Assembly (NCBI RefSeq): GCF_009914755.1
Contig: NC_060947.1
Length of the DNA: 64,000 nt
Origin: the human T2T-CHM13v2.0 reference genome, Homo sapiens
Reading direction: 5' to 3' (one strand)
Under the pieces are notes generated by a model, which was given only the letters and a program-made list of their open reading frames with translations, was not told the origin of the DNA and did no database searches. Below, one piece after another: positions 30,797 through 47,125 of the stretch. Numbering within the stretch: the stretch's first letter is position 1; the number at the start of each line of letters is the position of its first letter. Both the position numbers and the translations under genes were made by a program.

Positions 30797-32304
30797 ACTA
30801 ATTTTTCTTCATTCTGGACCCAAAACTTTAATCAAGGTACTGAATGTTAAGTTAAGTAAGTGACTTTGGGCAAATAACTTATCTCTCCATACATGTGTAT
30901 ACATTTTTGAAACCATTATGTTGGGCATGATAAATACATACAATATTTATTGCTCAATTAAAAATAATCTATTTTCAATAGGGAAAAAGAAACATTCATA
31001 ATTCAGTAGTTGAACAAGTAGAATTACAAACCCACAATTAAGCCAATAGTTAATCAAAACTTTACACAAAGCCTATTGACTGACCTCCTAGTAAAATATG
31101 ATGTAAGTGAATTAAATCTAAAAATACATAAACCAGTTAATGCTGGTAATAACCCTGTATTTTGGGTAAAACCATTTAAATGACACAACTAAACAATTGG
31201 ATATATTTTTTCATACAAAGCCTAAATTTGACTGTCTCACTTCAGTCAAGCTCTAAAGTCAAGTTCAATTTTCCAGTATTGACTAAGATGTTTCTTAGAT
31301 ATATTGCTGAATCCCTAGTGAAGGAAATAAGAAACAGGTTCAATTTTAAATACTGAGTGCATCTATCATTTTTTAATGATTTCTGAATATGTAAAATAAT
31401 AATCTTTTTTCTTTGTGGAACTGATTTAGATATGATGTTTTTATGAACTTGAGAGATCTAAATTTTTATGCAAATGCAAAAAAATAGTATTTGAACAGAA
31501 TGTGTGTAGCATTACAGGGTAAGATAGATGAGATACAAGATAATTGTATTCATTAAATATAAGAGCTATGGCCCATAAAGTAATGTAAAAATAAAACAGT
31601 AAAATTCAATTTGGCTCTCAGAGTGTTTGTGTCATTACAATTCTTGGTAAAGAGTTTTCCATATAACAATGGCTTCTGTTATTTGTCCTTGATCAAGTCA
31701 CTTATCCCCTCCAGGCCTCGGTCTCCTTTATCATAAATTATTGATCTCAACTATTTGCTCTCTAGAAACACTTCAAAAATGAATAAATCAGAACTATGTG
31801 CAATTGAGGGGTGTTCATGTGCTGAAAAAAATGAGAAACTGAGGTTTAAGTGTCCATATTTCAGAGTTCAAGTTTATTAGTTAATCCAAATTCATCAAAT
31901 ATCCAAACCTCTAACACAGATATACTTTATACTTTGTATTTTATCCCTTGTTTATTCAGATTTTTGAGTGAATCTCAGATTAACAAAGCTAAAAGATGCA
32001 TAGATAAAAGATAGATTGGACAAGGACTTGGCAACTGTGGAAAGTTTTATTTATAAGTGGAGTTCCAAGGTCAGCTTGCAAGCATTAGGTAAGTCAAATA
32101 TATATATGTCATAATCTGTGATATTGTGTCATTGTAAACAGAAGAGACCCCGAGTTATTTGGCCTGAAGATCTTTCAGAAATACAAGATTTAATGATTGA
32201 GATGGAACTCCAGATGAAAGCCATAATGTCTGTAGCAGTCATTTAATCAACTAAGTTTTCTTCATTCTGGACCCAACACTTTAATCAAGGTGCTGAATAT
32301 TAAG

Positions 32305-32480
32305 TTAGGTAAGTGATTTTGGGCAAATATCTTATATCTCCATAATCTTTTCATAAAATAAATATGATAAGAGAATCATATTTATCATCAAAAGTACATC
32401 ATAATACCTTCCCAACTTACCTTACACAACAGTTGAATAAGTGGATAAGAAGCAGTCTAAAAAATGTAAAACACAATTTA
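32305..32480. mobile_element. MIR remnant
   Basis: gtgattttgggcaaatatcttat...ataatacct resembles the MIR core; a similar bit lies at 31680-31740. Confidence 0.5.
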
Positions 32481-32754
32481 CATGTAGTTTTGAAGGTCAG
32501 TCTGTCTACACCCTATCAACTTCTAAAGGCCTAGGTCAAGTTCAACATTTTTCAAAAAGTCTACTCAAGGAGCACCAACTCACAGTATGCTGTCATCTAT
32601 TTATTATATTGCTTACTACTGAGTCATGTACTTAGATTTTATCTTCTTAATCAGACTGTAACTTGATAACAGGAATGAACATATCTGATAATACTTTGAT
32701 ATTTTCGACTTTACCTAGCACAGGGCTAAGAAGGTAATTGACATTCAGTAATTA

Positions 32755-32955
32755 TTTTTCAATGGTAATTAAAACACAGAACATGAAATCTACTCAATTA
32801 AAAATTCTGTAAGTGTACACTACAGTATTGTTAACCATATGTGTATTTTGTACAGCAGATTTCTACAAGTTTTTCAACTTGCATGATTAAAATTCTGACC
32901 CAATGCACAGTAGCACCCCATTTTCTCCTTACCTTACACCCTGGCAACTAGCATT
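32755..32955 (-). mobile_element. L1MA10/L1MB-type 3' UTR fragment
   Basis: aacatgaaatctac...aagtgtacactacagtattgttaac...ttgtacagcagat...ccctggcaact. Confidence 0.7.
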
Positions 32956-33379
32956 ATACTTTAATAATTATTTTCTACATACAAAATAATTTATTATTAA
33001 AAGATCTGAAATGTTCTTAACAAATCTAAGGACTTTGGGTCTATGATTAGTTGATACTCTCGAAGACTCTGTCAACACAGTTTATGTACCAAACACTAAA
33101 CATAGGCCTCCCTCCAGATTTGTCTTAGATTTTCTGGGAGGGTCTTTTTGCCTCCTTGCAGCTACCTGGCTGGTCATGCTCCTTGCCTACTCTTAAATTT
33201 TCTGTTTCCCATGAAACAAAGTGACATATTTTTGTTTACAGGGTCAGTGCTGGGAACAATACTCTTGAATGTAAACCTTGCTGAATAATTGATGGGCATG
33301 AAAAATATATCATTTATCTCTATCTCCTATTCTCCATTCTCCTTGCCTCCTAACCCACTTCATTCAATTCTCATTTGCT

Positions 33380-33985
33380 CAGACAAGACTTTTTGTAAGT
33401 CTCCCAACAGATCTATGTTTCTAATGTAACCTATTTATTGTCAACAAAAAAGGTCTCTCTAAAGCATTTTATTTGATCTATCACCAACCTATTTGAAACA
33501 AAGCAATATATCCCGATTGCTGACAGAATCAAGTCCAAACTCCCTCATATAAAAATTCAAAGTACTCCATTATAAGGCCTCAACATATCCTTCTCCCAGC
33601 GTTATTACCTATTAAATAATGCATTTCTACCTTACATTTTAGTCATCATATCATTTGCCATCTTGCAGCACATCCTCTTCTGATTTACTACATTTACATT
33701 GTTCATGATATTCCATTTTTTTTCTGACATATTTCTACCTCTCAGCTTGTTGAAATCCCACTTATTTTTGTGGATTTAAACAACACATTCTCAAGTGATG
33801 TCAAATAATGTTTATTTCACTCTTACATGATTACATTCTGCTCTGCGCTTATTTGTACATATTTTGTATATGTTTTGTCACCTCTACTTGAGAGCAGCGA
33901 TTATCTTTTGTTCACCTGTGTATCCATCTACAATGCCTAGTATATAGGAAATACTCAGCAAACATGTTATTATATATTGAAATTC
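33380..33985 (+). mobile_element. L2 remnant
   Basis: cagaatcaagtccaaactcc and the terminal ttgttcacctgtgtatcc...aatgcctag...tactcagcaaacatgtt. Confidence 0.55.
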
Positions 33986-35306
33986 AACTGAAAAAAATAG
34001 TTTGTCTTGTCAAAGAGCTTTCATAAAAATTATAAATAAAGACATTCTGGATAGTAAATTGAGACACATTGTATTAAAAATGATGCTAGAAGCAACATTT
34101 GTGGCTGCTTATTAGAAATAGGGGGTAGATAAAACCTTAATTTGTGGCTCAATAAAGTATGCTATTCTAATAACCATGAAAAAGTATAATGCAATAAGAA
34201 ACAGCACATATGAAAAAATATGTAGAGTGGTCGAGTTCCATGTATTACATAATGAAAAAAGAAATCTCAAATAAATGTCATGAATAAAGGAAAATAAATT
34301 CTCAAAAGTATATATTTATTGGAAGTCTAAATTCCCTTAGTGTGAATAAAACGGGATTAATCCAGGAGGGATGTTGTCAAGGGCAATGGGAAAAATGTGT
34401 CTGAGTAGAGAATAACCTGAAAAAATTAAAAAGTAAAAATTGAAGAAGCCAAAACAATGCAATATAAATGGAAAAAAATGACAGCAGACATAGTAGAAAT
34501 AAAATAGGACTTTCACGTGTTTTAATGGTATATGCTGGTTACTTAGTTATTTGAGAACTGCTAGAATTATGATGCTGAAATATTTTTATGCTAGTATATA
34601 TTGGCTTTCATATGATATAAATAATTAACTTCAAAGGATAGTAGCCCCTCCTCCCCACCTCCAGCTTAAAATCAAACTGTCAGACTGTCACTCCAGGTGA
34701 GCACTATCTCATGGATTCCCCAAGTATGACTGAAATGTACCTGGCCCTTGCTTACTCAGCCCACCCGGCAACCATTTTCATGCCCCTTTAGTATCATAGA
34801 GGTGACCAACAACACAGCTGTAGGTCACCATGTCAACCTTGGTCCCACTCACCTTTTCTAGCATGCTAGCTTGTGTTGTTTCCAGGCTGATAGAGTTAGT
34901 GCAGGAGGACGGAGTGGCATAATTGTCAATTTATTGATGTCCTAACTCCTGTGATAAACAGTTTGCCTTAAATTGTGGAGCATGGAAGCTGTCTACTTTA
35001 TTCCATGACACTATCAAAATTCACTCTTAGTATCTCAATAAAAGCTAACTGAGATGGGCAGGATGGGATATTGGGAAAGAGCACTGGACTGTATGTGAGA
35101 AGTACTGAATTCTAGTTTCTGTAGAGCCTGAGTGAGAATTCCTGAATGAGGAGCTGAAATGGCATTGAGGGCTTTAATACAGTGGAAATAGCATGACATT
35201 TGGAAACAACAGATATGTGTTTATGTGGTTAAGCCTTCTTTAGTTCAGTCGTCTTCAAGTCTTCAAACCATGGTTTCTTCACCTCTGAAGTAAGGTCAGT
35301 AGTTAC

Positions 35307-35674
35307 AGACATGGTTTGGCTCCGTGTCCTCATAATCTCATCTCATCTTGTAGCTCCCATAATTCCCATGTGTTGTGAGAGGGACCCAGCAGGAGACAAT
35401 GGAATCATGGGGGCTGATCTTTCCCATGCTGTTCTCGTGGCAGTGAATGGGTCTCCCAAGGTCTGGTGGTTTCAAAAACAGGAATTTCTCGGCACAAGCT
35501 CTCTCTTTGCCTGCTGCCATCCATGTAAGATGTGACTTGCTACTCCTTGCCTTCTTCCATGATTGTGAGACCTCCCCAGCCATATGAAGCTATAAGTCCA
35601 ATAAACCTATTTCTTTTGTAAATTGCTGAGGCTTGGGTATGTCTTTACCAGCAGTGTGAAAAGGAACTAATACA
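35307..35674 (+). mobile_element. THE1 (THE1A/B-like) solo LTR
   Basis: ..ATGGTTTGGCTCCGTGTCC...AATAAACC...ACTAATACA; perfect 5-bp TSD gttac at 35302-35306 and 35675-35679. Confidence 0.94.
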
Positions 35675-35980
35675 GTTACTAAACTGTAACTGTTGTGGTT
35701 AGAGGCAAGGTAGATTAAGGAATGAGAATGTTCTTTCTAAGCTTAATTACAGAAATGCTATGATTAACTCACTGCGTAACCTCAATAAAAATGTTGTTGG
35801 TCTGTAATTTGTTTCTTTAACCTGTAAAATAAGGGAAATTTAAAGCAGTTATATCTGGGACAAATATATGCAATTTGTAAATACTATGTGTATATAAGCC
35901 AAACAAAAAATAAATGACAACAATTTAGAAGGGAGGAAAAGAATTATGACTACTTTAATTGCTCTTAAAAGTCCTGTTTT

Positions 35981-36558
35981 CAATTCCTCAAAGACCTAAA
36001 CACAAAAATATCATTTGACCCAGCAATTCCATTACTGGATATATACCCAAAGGAATATAAATCATTCTATTATAAAGATACATGCATGTGTATGTTCATT
36101 GCAGCACTATTCACAATAGCAAAGACATGAAATCAATCTAAATGCCCATCGATGGTAGTCTGGATAAAGAAAATGTGGTACATATACACAATGGAATACT
36201 ATGCAGACATAACAAAGAATGAGATCATGTATTTGCAGGAACACGGATGGAGCTGGAAACCATTATCCTTAGCAAACTAATTCAGGAACAGAAAACCAAA
36301 TACTGCATGTCCTCACTTATAAGTGGGAGCTAAATGATGAGAACACATGGACACAGAGATTGGAGCAACTCACACTGGGTCATATTGGAGTATGGAGGGT
36401 GGAAGAAGAGAGAGAATGAGGAAAAATAACTAATGGGTACCAGGCTTAATACCTGGGTGACAGAATAATCTGTACAACAAACCCCAATGACACGAGTTTA
36501 CCTATATAACAAACCTGCATGTTTATCCCTAAACTTAAAATAAAAATTAAATAAGAAT
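35981..36558 (+). mobile_element. 5'-truncated L1PA10-13-like 3' end
   Basis: ORF2 C-terminus, 3' UTR gaaaaataactaatgggtac, A tail; TSD core aagtcctg at 35969-35976 and 36561-36568. Confidence 0.9.
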
Positions 36559-39254
36559 ATAAGTCCTGCCTTCTTCAGGTCTTAAAAAACACTACTGCTT
36601 CATCACTGCCCCTAGAGCAATGTTCTCTCAAGCAGAGCACATGAGGGAAAATCGACTGGACATCAAAAAAACATTTAATGTATTATTCATGTTTACTTGT
36701 AAATGTCCTTTTCTGACAGTTTTTGTACATGTCGTATTATGCATAAAATATTCTTTCACCCCAATAATATTGTTGTTTTTATTAAAATGGATCAAGTAGT
36801 ACATGCATCAAACCAAAATATATATGATTAAAAATTATTAATTCGTAAAGTTATGCCTTCTTTCCAACTTTTAAGTCAGTGGTACATGTGCAAGATGTGC
36901 AGGTATGTTACATAGGTAAACGTCTGACATGGTGGTTTGCTGCACAGATCATCTTATCACCTAGGTATTAAGTCCACTATCCATTAGCTCTTCTTTCTGA
37001 TGCTCTCCCTTCTCCCACCCCTCACTCTCCAGCAGACCCCAGTGTGGGTTTTCCCCTCCCATGCGTCCATACGTTCTTATTATTCAACTCCCACTTACAA
37101 ATGAGAACGTGCAGTATTTGATTTTCTGTTCCTGTGTTAGTTGGCTGAGGATAATGGCATCCAGCTGCATCCACATTCCTGCAAAGGACATTATCTTGTT
37201 CCTTTTAATGGCTGCATAGTATCCCATGGTGTATATGTACCATATTTTCTTTATCCAGTCTATCACTGATGGGCATTTAGGTAGATTCCATGTCTTTGCT
37301 ATTGTGAATAGTGCTGCAATGAACATACACATGCATGTATCTTTATAATAGAATGGTTTATATTCTTTTGGGTATACCAAACCCAGTAATGGGATTGCTA
37401 AGTCAAATGATATTTCTGTATCTAGGTCTTTGAAGAATCGCCACACTGACTTCCACAATGGTTGAACTAATTTACACTCCCACCAACACCGTAAAAGCAC
37501 TCCTTTTTCTCCACAACCTCGCCAGCATCTGTTGTTTTTTGGCTTCTTAATAATAGTCATTTTTATTGGTGTGAGATGGTATCTCATGGTTTTGATTTGC
37601 ATTTCTCTAATGATCAGTGATGTTGAACTTTGTTTCATATGTTTGCTGGCTGCATAAATGTCTGCTTTTGAGAAGTGTCTGTTCATGTCCTTTCCCTGCT
37701 TTTTAATGGGGTTGTTTATTTTTTTCTGGTAAATTTGTTTAAGTTTCTTTTAGATGCTGGATATTAGACTTTAGTCTGTTAAATATATTGCAAAAATTTT
37801 CTGTTATTCTATAGGTTGTCTATTCATTCTGATGATAGTTTCTTTTGCTGTGCAGGAGCTCTTTAATTTAAGTAGATCCCATTTGTTGATATTTGCTTTT
37901 GTTGCAATTACTCTTGACGTCTTTGTCATGAAATCATTGTCCATGCTTATATCCTGAATGGTATGGCCTATATTGTCTTCTAGGGTTTTTATAGTTTTGG
38001 GTTTTGCATTTAAGTCTTTAATCCATCTTGAGTTGATTTTGTATATGGTGTAAGGAAGGGGGTGCAATTTCAATTTTCTGCATATGGCTAGCCAGTTCTC
38101 CCAGCACCATTTATTAAATAGGGAATCCTTTCCCCATTGCTTGTTTTGTTCAGGTTTGTTGAATATCTGATGGTTACGGGTGTGCAATCTTATTTCCTGT
38201 GTTCTCCCTTCTGTTCCATTGGTCTATGTGTCTGTTATTGTACCATGCTCTTTTGATTACTGTAGCTTTGTAGTATAATCTTTTTGCTTAAGATTGTATC
38301 GGCTATTTGGGATCTTTTTTGTTTCCATATGAATTTTAAAAATAATTTTTTCTTATTATGTGAAGAATGACAATGTTAGTTTAATGATAATAGCATTGAT
38401 CTATAAATTTCTTTGGGCAGTATGGCCATTTTCACAATATTGATTCCTCCTATTCATGAGCATGGAATGTTTTTTCATTGGTTTGTGTCATCTCTGATTT
38501 CCTTGAGAAGTAGCTTATAGTTCTCCTTGAAGAGGTCCTTCACTTCCCTTGTTAGCTGTATTCATAGGCACTTTATTGTTTTTGTGGCAATTGTGAATCA
38601 GAGTTTATTAATAATTTGGCTTTTGGCTTGCCTGTTTTTTGTGTATAGGAATGCTAGTGATTTTTTCACATGGATTTTGCACCCAGAGACTTTGCTGAAG
38701 TTGCTTATCAGCTTAAGAAGCTTTCTGGCTGAGACAATGAGGTTTTCTAGATATAGAATCATGTCATTTGCAAAAAAGATAGTTTGACTTCCTCTTTTCC
38801 TGTTTGAATACCTTTATTTCTTTCTCTTGCCTGATTGCCCTGGACAGAACTTCCAATACTATGTTGAATGGAAGTTTTGTCTTGTTCCAGTTTTCAAGTA
38901 AAATGCTTCCCGCTTTTGCCCATTCAGAATGATACTGGTTGTGAGTTTATTGCATATGAGATATGTTTCTTCAATACCTAATTTTTTGAGAGTTGTAAAC
39001 ATGAAAGGATGTTGAATTTTATCAAAGCTCTTTTCTGCATTTATTGAGATATTCATGTGGTTTTTGCCTTTAGTTCTGTTTATATGATGAATTGCATTTA
39101 CTGATTTGCATATGTTGAATCAACCATGCATCCTGGAGATAAAGCCAATTTGATCATTGTGGATAAGCTTTTTGATGTGCTGTTAAATTTGGTTTGCCAT
39201 TATTTTATTGAGGATTTTTGTATTGATGTTCATCAAGGATATTGACGTGAAGTT

Positions 39255-39281
39255 TTGTTGTTGTTGTTGTTGTTGTTGTTG
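39255..39281. repeat. (TTG)9 microsatellite in L1 ORF2
   Basis: Nine TTG units; gives the poly-Thr run in ORF 39205..39492. Confidence 0.95.
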
Positions 39282-40429
39282 TGTCTCTGCCAGGTTGTGT
39301 TATCAGGATGATACTGGCCTCATATAATGAATTAGGGAGGAGTCCCTCCTCTTCAATTGTTTGGAATAGTTTCAGTAGAAATGGTACTAGATCTTCTTTG
39401 TACCTCTGGTAGAATTCAGCTGTGAATCTGTCTGGATCTGGGCTTTTTTTGGTTGGTAGGCTATTTATTACTGCCTCGATTTCAGAACACATTATTGGTC
39501 TATTCAGGGATTCAATTTCTTCCAGGTTCAGTTTTAGGAGGCTGCATTTGTACAGGAAATTGCCCCTTTCTTCTAGATTTTCTAGATTATGTGCATAGAG
39601 TTGTTTATAGTATTCTCCGATGGTTGCTTGTATTTCTGTGGTGTCAGTGGTGATATCCCTCTTATTTCTTATTTTGTTTATTTGATTATTCTCTCTTATT
39701 AGTCTAGCTAGTGGTCTATTTTACTAATTTTTTTAAAAAAGAAAAAAACAGCTCCTGGATTTGTTGATGTTTAGAAGGGATTTTCATGTCTCTATCTCCT
39801 TCAGTTCAGCTCTGATCTTAATTTTTTTCATATTCTGTTAGCTTTGGGGTTTGTTTGCTCTTGGTTCTCTAGTTCTTTTAGTTGTGATGTCAGGTTGTCA
39901 ATTTGAGATCTTTCTAGCTTTTTTTATGTGGTCATTTAGTGCTATAAATTTCCCTCTTAACCCTGCTTTAGCTGTGTCTCAGAGATTCTGGTACATTGTC
40001 TCTGTTCTCATTAGTTTTCCAGAAGTTCTTAATTTATGCCTTAATTTCATTATTTGCTCAAGAGTCATTTATGAGCAGGTTGTTCAATTCCCATGTAGTT
40101 GTGTGGTTTTGTGTGAATTTCTTAATATTTGGTTCTAATTTGTGCTGTTGTTTGAGAGACTTTGTTATGATATCAGTTCCTTTGCATTTGTTGAGGAGTG
40201 TTTTACTTCAGATTATGTTATCAATTTTAGAGTAAATGCCCTGTGGTGATAAGAAGAATGTATATTCTGTTGTTTGGGGATGGAGAGTTCTGTAGATATC
40301 TTTCAGGAGGAATGGGATCAGGGACCTGCTTAAATAAGCAGTCTGGCTGTTGTTTGGTAGAAGAGGTATGCTACATTGTGGGTAACCTTACTAATCTGCA
40401 CCATTTGTTTTCTTAAAAGCTGGTGGGCT

Positions 40430-40748
<319 letters not shown>

Positions 40749-41669
40749 TTAGTCGACCAAACTGCAGAGATGATAGCCAACCTTCTCCACAAGAGCTCTG
40801 TCCCAGGAAGAGATCCGAGCTTTATCCATAGAACCCTGGCTGGAGTCGCTGAAGCCTGCGCAGGGAGGTCCCACCTATTGAGGAGGACTGGATTGGGGTC
40901 CTGCTTAAAGAAGTACTCTGGCCACTATCTGAAAAGGCCACTGCACTGGACTGTGAGGGGCCCCTCTTTGTCTGGACCATCTGCACTATCCACAGCTGGC
41001 AAACTGGAATGGCAGAGTCTCCAGAACCTCAGAGATGGCGGCTGCCCCTCCCACTGGAAATTTGGTTCTGTCTCTAAAGGACTTCAGCCCTCTGCTGGTG
41101 GCTGGCTGGGATTCCAAGCCAGTGGGTCTTAACCCATGAGGTGCCATGGAAGTGAGGCTTACAGAATAATGCTGCTTGGCTCCCTGTATTCATTCCCCTT
41201 CCTAAGGCTATGTATGGATGTATTTTCCACCTTGGCGGGGATCCTGGGACCAGAGCACGCAAAGCTTCTGGGTCTCTGTGTGCTCCTGAGCAGCTATATT
41301 GCCAAGAGTTCACACAGCTCTGTGTATCAGACCCAAGAGATGGTGGTGTGGCATCTCGAGGGGATCTCCTGGTCCACAGGTTGCAAAGATTTGTGGGAGA
41401 AGCATGGCTTCCTGGGCAGGTCACACAATTACTCACCACTTCCCCTGGCTGGAGATGGGGGTTCCTTTGGCTCCACGCTGCTCCCGGGTGAGCTGTCACC
41501 CCCACCCCTGCTTGTCCTTGCTCTCCGTGGGTCCGAGTTGCTTGCCTATTCAGTCCCAATGCAAGAACCTGGATATGTCTGTTGAAGGTGTTGAATTCAC
41601 TTGCCCCTTTTCATTCCTCTCCATAACTGCCACGGACCACAGCTGCTTCTAATAGGCTACCTTCTCTGT

Positions 41670-42994
41670 CTTCTTTAGCATTTCTTGTAGTGCTGGTTTG
41701 GTGGTGGGAAATTTTCTCAACATTTGTTTGTCTGAAAGAGACTTTATTTCTCTTTCATTTAGGAAGCTTAGTTTCACTGGATACAAAATTTTGGGCTGAC
41801 AATTATTTTCTTTAAGGAGGCTACAGATAAGACCCCAATCCCTTCTGGCTTGTAATGTTTCTGCTGAGAAACCTGCTCTTAGTCTGGCAGGTTTTCCTTT
41901 ATAGGTTACCTAATGCTTTTGCCTCACAGCTCTTAAGATTCTTTTCTTCCTATTGACTTTAGATAGCCTGATGACTATGTGACTTGATGGTGATCTCTTT
42001 GCAATAAATTTCCCAGGAGTTCCTGGAGCTTCTTGTTTTTGGATGTCTACATGTCTAGCAAGACCAGAGTTTCCTCAATTATTTCCTCAAATACATTAAA
42101 AAAAAAAACTTTTAGACTTCTCTTCTCTTTCAGAAACACCAATTATTCTTAGGTTTGGCCATTTTACATAGTCCCATATTTCTTAGAGACTTTGTTTATT
42201 TTTTAATTCTTTTTACTTTGTCATTGTCTAATTGAGTGAATTTGAAAGCCTTGTCTTCGAGCATTGAAATTCTTTCTTCTACTTGTTCTAGTCTATGGTT
42301 AAAAAATTCCACTGAATTTTGTATTTTCCAAGGTGTGTCTTTCATTTTCAGGAGTTCTGATTTTTTTTTAAATAGTATCTATTTCTCTGAAAAGTGTTTC
42401 ATTCATAGGCTGGATTTAAAAGAAAAATTCCTTAAGTTGGTTTGAAACTTTCTCTGATATCTTCTTGAGTATCTTAATAATCAACCTTATGAATTTTTTT
42501 GTCTGGTATTTCAGAGATTTCTTGGTTGGATCCATTGCTGGGGAGATGGTGTGATTTTTTGCGGGGGTGGGTGTTGTAAAACCCGTATTACCAGAATTAC
42601 TTTTCTGTTTTCTTCTTATTTGGGTAGACTATTTATTTAAATTGTTCTAGAATTTATTTTTGATTGAACTGTTTTTTGTTTTAGTTTTTTTTTTTCTTCT
42701 CTTATAAGGATCTGACTTTAATGTTTATAGTTTATTTTAGCCTAATTTGATTATTGGTGCTTTTAGGGGTGATGACTCCATATGAATTCCTTAGTTATAG
42801 AGAATCTTTGTGTGCTGTTTTTCCCAGATGCTGGCTGTAGTAGTTACGTACTTGGTGTGTGGGCAAGTTTACTGTCTCCTGTGGGGTTGGAATGACAGGA
42901 ATATCTTGAAGCTTATATTATTATCTTGTGGTGTACACTTTATTATTTAATATTTTCCCAGTATTTTATTTACTGAGTTGATAATTCAGGCTTC
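41670..42994 (-). mobile_element. L1PB-like ORF1 plus part of the 5' UTR, truncated at both ends
   Basis: Reverse complement gives FSDKQMLRKFPTTKPALQEMLKE at the left end; PB-type ORF1 sequence continues to about 42630. Confidence 0.8.

Positions 42995-47125
<4,131 letters not shown>

Larger units (their letters stand above)
26370..30967 (+). mobile_element. L1MA (MA7-MA9-like) 3' end split by a later insertion: 26370-27118 and 30892-30967
   Basis: ORF2 C-terminus and 3' UTR run to ccattccacaacttatacat; the final ~75 bp with the A tail resume at 30892. Confidence 0.78.

Noticed and set aside
34858-34869. 12-bp palindrome ctagcatgctag
   Set aside because: Several of this length are expected by chance in 64 kb.
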